NCBI GenBank assembly: GCA_030390025.1
Contig: CM059431.1
Location: forward strand, 130,264,001-130,328,000
Length of the DNA: 64,000 bases
Direction of reading: 5' to 3'
From: Squalus acanthias
Lineage: Eukaryota
Shown here: piece after piece, positions 60,605 through 64,000 of the stretch
Numbering within the stretch: position 1 is the stretch's first letter
Layout of the letters: every line of letters starts with the position of its first letter
Notes under the pieces: model-generated
Database searches by the model: none
Told to the model about the DNA's origin: nothing
The model's input: the letters and a program-made list of their open reading frames with translations, nothing else
Made by a program: the position numbers and the translations under genes

Positions 60605-61564
60605 TTATTCATTCCTGGGATGTGGGCATCGCTGGCAAGGCCAGCATTTATTGCCCATCCTTAGTTGCCCTTGAGAAGGTGGTGGTGAGCCGCCTTCTTG
60701 AACCGCTGCAGTCCGTGTGGTGAAGGTACTCCCACAGTGCTGTAAGGGAGGGAGTTCCAGGATTTTGCCCCAGTGACGATGAAGGAACGGCGATATACTT
60801 CCAAGTCAGGATGGTGTGTGACTTGCAGGGGAACTTGGAGGTGGTGGTGTTCCCATGCGCCTGCTGCCCTTGTCCTTCGAGCTGGTAGAGGTCGCGGATT
60901 TGGGAGGTGCTGCCGAAGAAGCCTTGGCGAGTTGCTGAAGTGCATCTTGTAGATGGTACACACTGCAGCCACGGTACGCCGGTGGTGGAGGGAGTGAATG
61001 TTTAAGGTAGTGGATGGGGTGCCAATCAAGCGGGCTGCTTTGTCTTAGATGGTGTTGAGCTTCTTGAGTGTTGTTGGAGCTGCACTCATCCAGGCAAGTG
61101 GAGAGTATTCCATCACACTCCTGACTTGTGCCTTGTAGATGGTGGAAAGGCTTTGGGGAGTCAGGAGGTGAGACACTTGCCGCAGAATACCCAGCCTCTG
61201 ACCTACTCTTGTTGCCACAGTATTTATGTGGCTGGTCCAGTTATGTTTCTGGTCAATGGTGACCCCCAGGATATTGATGGTGGGGGATTCGGCGATGGTA
61301 ATGCCATTGAATATCAAGAAGCGGTGGTTCGACGCTCTCTTGTTGGAGATAGTCATTGCCTGGCACTTGTGTGGCCCGAATGTTACCTGCCACTTATCAG
61401 CCCAAGCCTGAATGTCATCCAGGTCTTGCTGCATGCGGGAATGGACTGCTTCATTATCTGAGGAGTTGCGAATGGCACTGAGCACTGTGCAGTCATCAGC
61501 GAACATCCCCACTTCTGACCTTATGATGGAGGGAAGGTCACTGATGAAGCAGCTGAAGATGGTT
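60605..61564 (-). mobile_element. CR1-group LINE of the second lineage, 5'-truncated
   Basis: MFADDC, YKAQVRSVMEYS and HSLHHRRTVAAVC motifs plus 3' tail. Confidence 0.9.
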
Positions 61565-61622
61565 ATAAGCGGGAAGAGACTGAGCTATATGACTGAGGTG
61601 TTTGAAGTCAATGGAACTGAAT

Positions 61623-64000
61623 ATTACATAAAATTACATAGAATATACAGCGCAGAAACAGGCCATTCGGCATAACCAGTCCATGCCGGTGTTTATGCTC
61701 CACTCGAGCCTCCTCCCATCCTTCCTCATCTAACCCTATCAACATAACCCTCTATTCCCTTCTCCCTCATATGCTTATCTAGCTTCCCCTTAAATGCATC
61801 TATACTATTCGCCTCAACTATTCCCTGTGGTAGCGAGTTCCACATTCTCACCACTCTCGGGTAAGTAAGTTGCTTCTGAATTCCCTATTTGATTTCTTGG
61901 TGACTTTCTTCTGTTGATGGCCTCTAGTTTTGCTCTTCCCCACAAGCGGAAACACTCTCTCTGTATCCACTCTATCAAAACCTTTCATAATTTTCAAGAC
62001 CTCTATTAGGTCACCCCCTCAGCCTTCTCTTTTCAAGAGAAAAGAAACCCAGCCTGTTCATCTTTTCCTGATAGCTATAACCTCACAGTTCAGTCATCAT
62101 CCTTGTAAATCTTTTTTGCACCCTCTCCAGTGCCTCTATTTTTTTAAATAATATGACGATCAGATCTGTGCACCGTAGTCCAAGTGTGGTTAACCAAGGT
62201 TTGATACAAGTTTAGCATAACTTCTCTACTTTTCAATTCTATCCCTCTAGAAATAAACCCTAGTGCTTGGTTTGCTTTTTTTATGGCCTTGTTAACCTGT
62301 GTTGTTACTTTTAGTGTTTTGTGTATTTGTACTCCCAGATCCCTTTGCTCCTCTACCCCATTTAGTTTCTTATTTTCTAAGTAATATGTGACCTCCATAT
62401 TTTTCTTACCAAAATGTAATACCTCACATTTATCTATATTGAAATTTATTTGCCAAATATATGGCCATTCTTTAAGTTTATTAATGTATTATTGTAATTT
62501 GTTGCAGTCCTCCTCAATATTGACTATACTCCCAATTTGGTGTTGTCTGCAAATTTAGAGATTGTGTTTTTGATTCCAAGTCTAAATCATGAATATAAAT
62601 TATGAACAACAGTGGTTCCAGGACTGATCCTTGTGGGACCCCACTTCACACCTTCTGCCACTCTGAATAGCTACCCTTTACCCGTACCCTCTGCTTTCTG
62701 TCTTGCAGCCAGCTAGCTATCCATTCTGCTATTTATCCCCTGACTCCACATGCTCTGACCTTATGCATTAGTCTATTATGTGGTACCTTATCGAAGATCT
62801 TTTGGAAATCTAGATATATTACATCTACTGCATTACCCTTGTCTACTCTCTCTGTTACCTCCTCAAAGGATTCAATGAGGTTGGTCAAGCAAGACTTTCC
62901 CTTTTGAAATCCATGCTAACTATTCATTATTATATTTTTGGTTTCTAGATGATTTTCTATTTTCTCCTTTAGTAAGGATTCCATTATCGTTCTTATCACC
63001 AATGTTAAGCTGACTGGTCTATAGATCTCTGGACATATTCTATCTCCCTTTTTAATTATAGGTATGACATTAGCTATCCGCCAGTCCTCTGACACTACAC
63101 TTTTTTTCTAACGAATTATTAAATATGTGTAATAATGCCTCAGCTATCTCTTCCCTAGATTATTTTAAAATGGACGGATGCAATCCGTCTGGACCAGGAG
63201 TTTTATCCTCTTTGAGTTTGATTAGTTTATTTAATATTTCTCCACTTTATTTTAAATTTATATCATTTCTAATCTCATCTTGCAATGTTTTTTTACTCGT
63301 TTCCCTGTTTGCATTTTTTCTTCCTCCAAATCCCTTCCACTATTTGGTAGTCAGTAGACTATCCCTATTAGTGTGATTGATCCTTTTTATCTTTTATCGC
63401 TATCCACCATGGATTCTATTTCTGTCTTACTGATAGATGCATCACTTTTTTCTACTTCCATTATGTTATCTCTAATAAGTACAGCTACTCCACCTCCCCT
63501 TTTCCCTCTCTATCTTTTCTAAGTATGCTATACTCTGCAATGTTTAATTCACAGTCCTGATTTTTCTGTAGCCATGTCTCAGTAATCACTACTATGTCTG
63601 GTTCCTTGCAATGTATTATTGCCTCCAGTTCCCCTCTTTTATTACGGACACTGTGCATTGCTGTACAGCCAGTCTAACTCATTTTTAATAGCAGTTCCTC
63701 TCAGTTTATCTTTAACCATCTTTTTATGTTCCTGTTCTATAACTATTCCCTGGCCATTTATGTCCTCCCTTAGTTTAGTCCGTCCTATGCTCCCCTTTCC
63801 TGTTTCAGTTATATTTAGGCTTGTTTCATTTCTTGTAGACTCCTCTCCCTGTCTTACTCATTTAAAGCCTTTGCCACCTCCCTATTTACCCTTTCCGCTA
63901 AGACACTGGTCTCATTCCAGTTCAGGTGGAGCCCGTCCCATTGGTACAGCTCCTTACTGTCCCATTACTGGTGCCAGCGCCCCATGAAAATGAACTCCTC
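61623..64000 (-). mobile_element. Old CR1 with internal deletions (3' tail, RT, EN start, ORF1 end), running off the window
   Basis: EEQRDLGV and QHGF..KSCLTNL motifs, VITETW at ~63570-63590, and DGLHLN (ORF1 esterase) at ~63920-63940. Confidence 0.9.

Overview
Eukaryotic, repeat-dense genomic DNA, most likely from a cartilaginous fish (shark). This is inferred from the repeat families: CR1 LINEs with (TTCTATGT)n tails, an HE1/V-SINE-like SINE and Penelope-like pLTRs. I could not identify a host protein-coding gene, so the window looks intronic or intergenic. It contains: (i) many CR1 LINEs, including a full-length copy (27093-34404, minus) with an intact esterase-type ORF1 and a 5' UTR made of identical 69-bp monomers, lying inside a 4-5 level nested insertion stack; (ii) a second CR1-group lineage and L2 fragments; (iii) Penelope-like elements (RT + GIY-YIG) and short non-autonomous derivatives carrying minimal hammerhead-ribozyme motifs, with 10-14 bp target-site duplications (TSDs); (iv) several decayed two-gene PIF/Harbinger DNA transposons (HARBI1-type DDE transposase plus a spliced Myb/SANT-like gene) and their MITEs, often inserted in one another; (v) Tc1/mariner (Tigger-like) MITEs, old tRNA-derived SINEs, isolated palindromes and a strong CTCF-like motif. 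The most notable signals are the ribozyme-bearing mini-elements, the monomeric CR1 5' UTR and an apparent ORF1 module swap between CR1 lineages. All coordinates and identities were read by eye.
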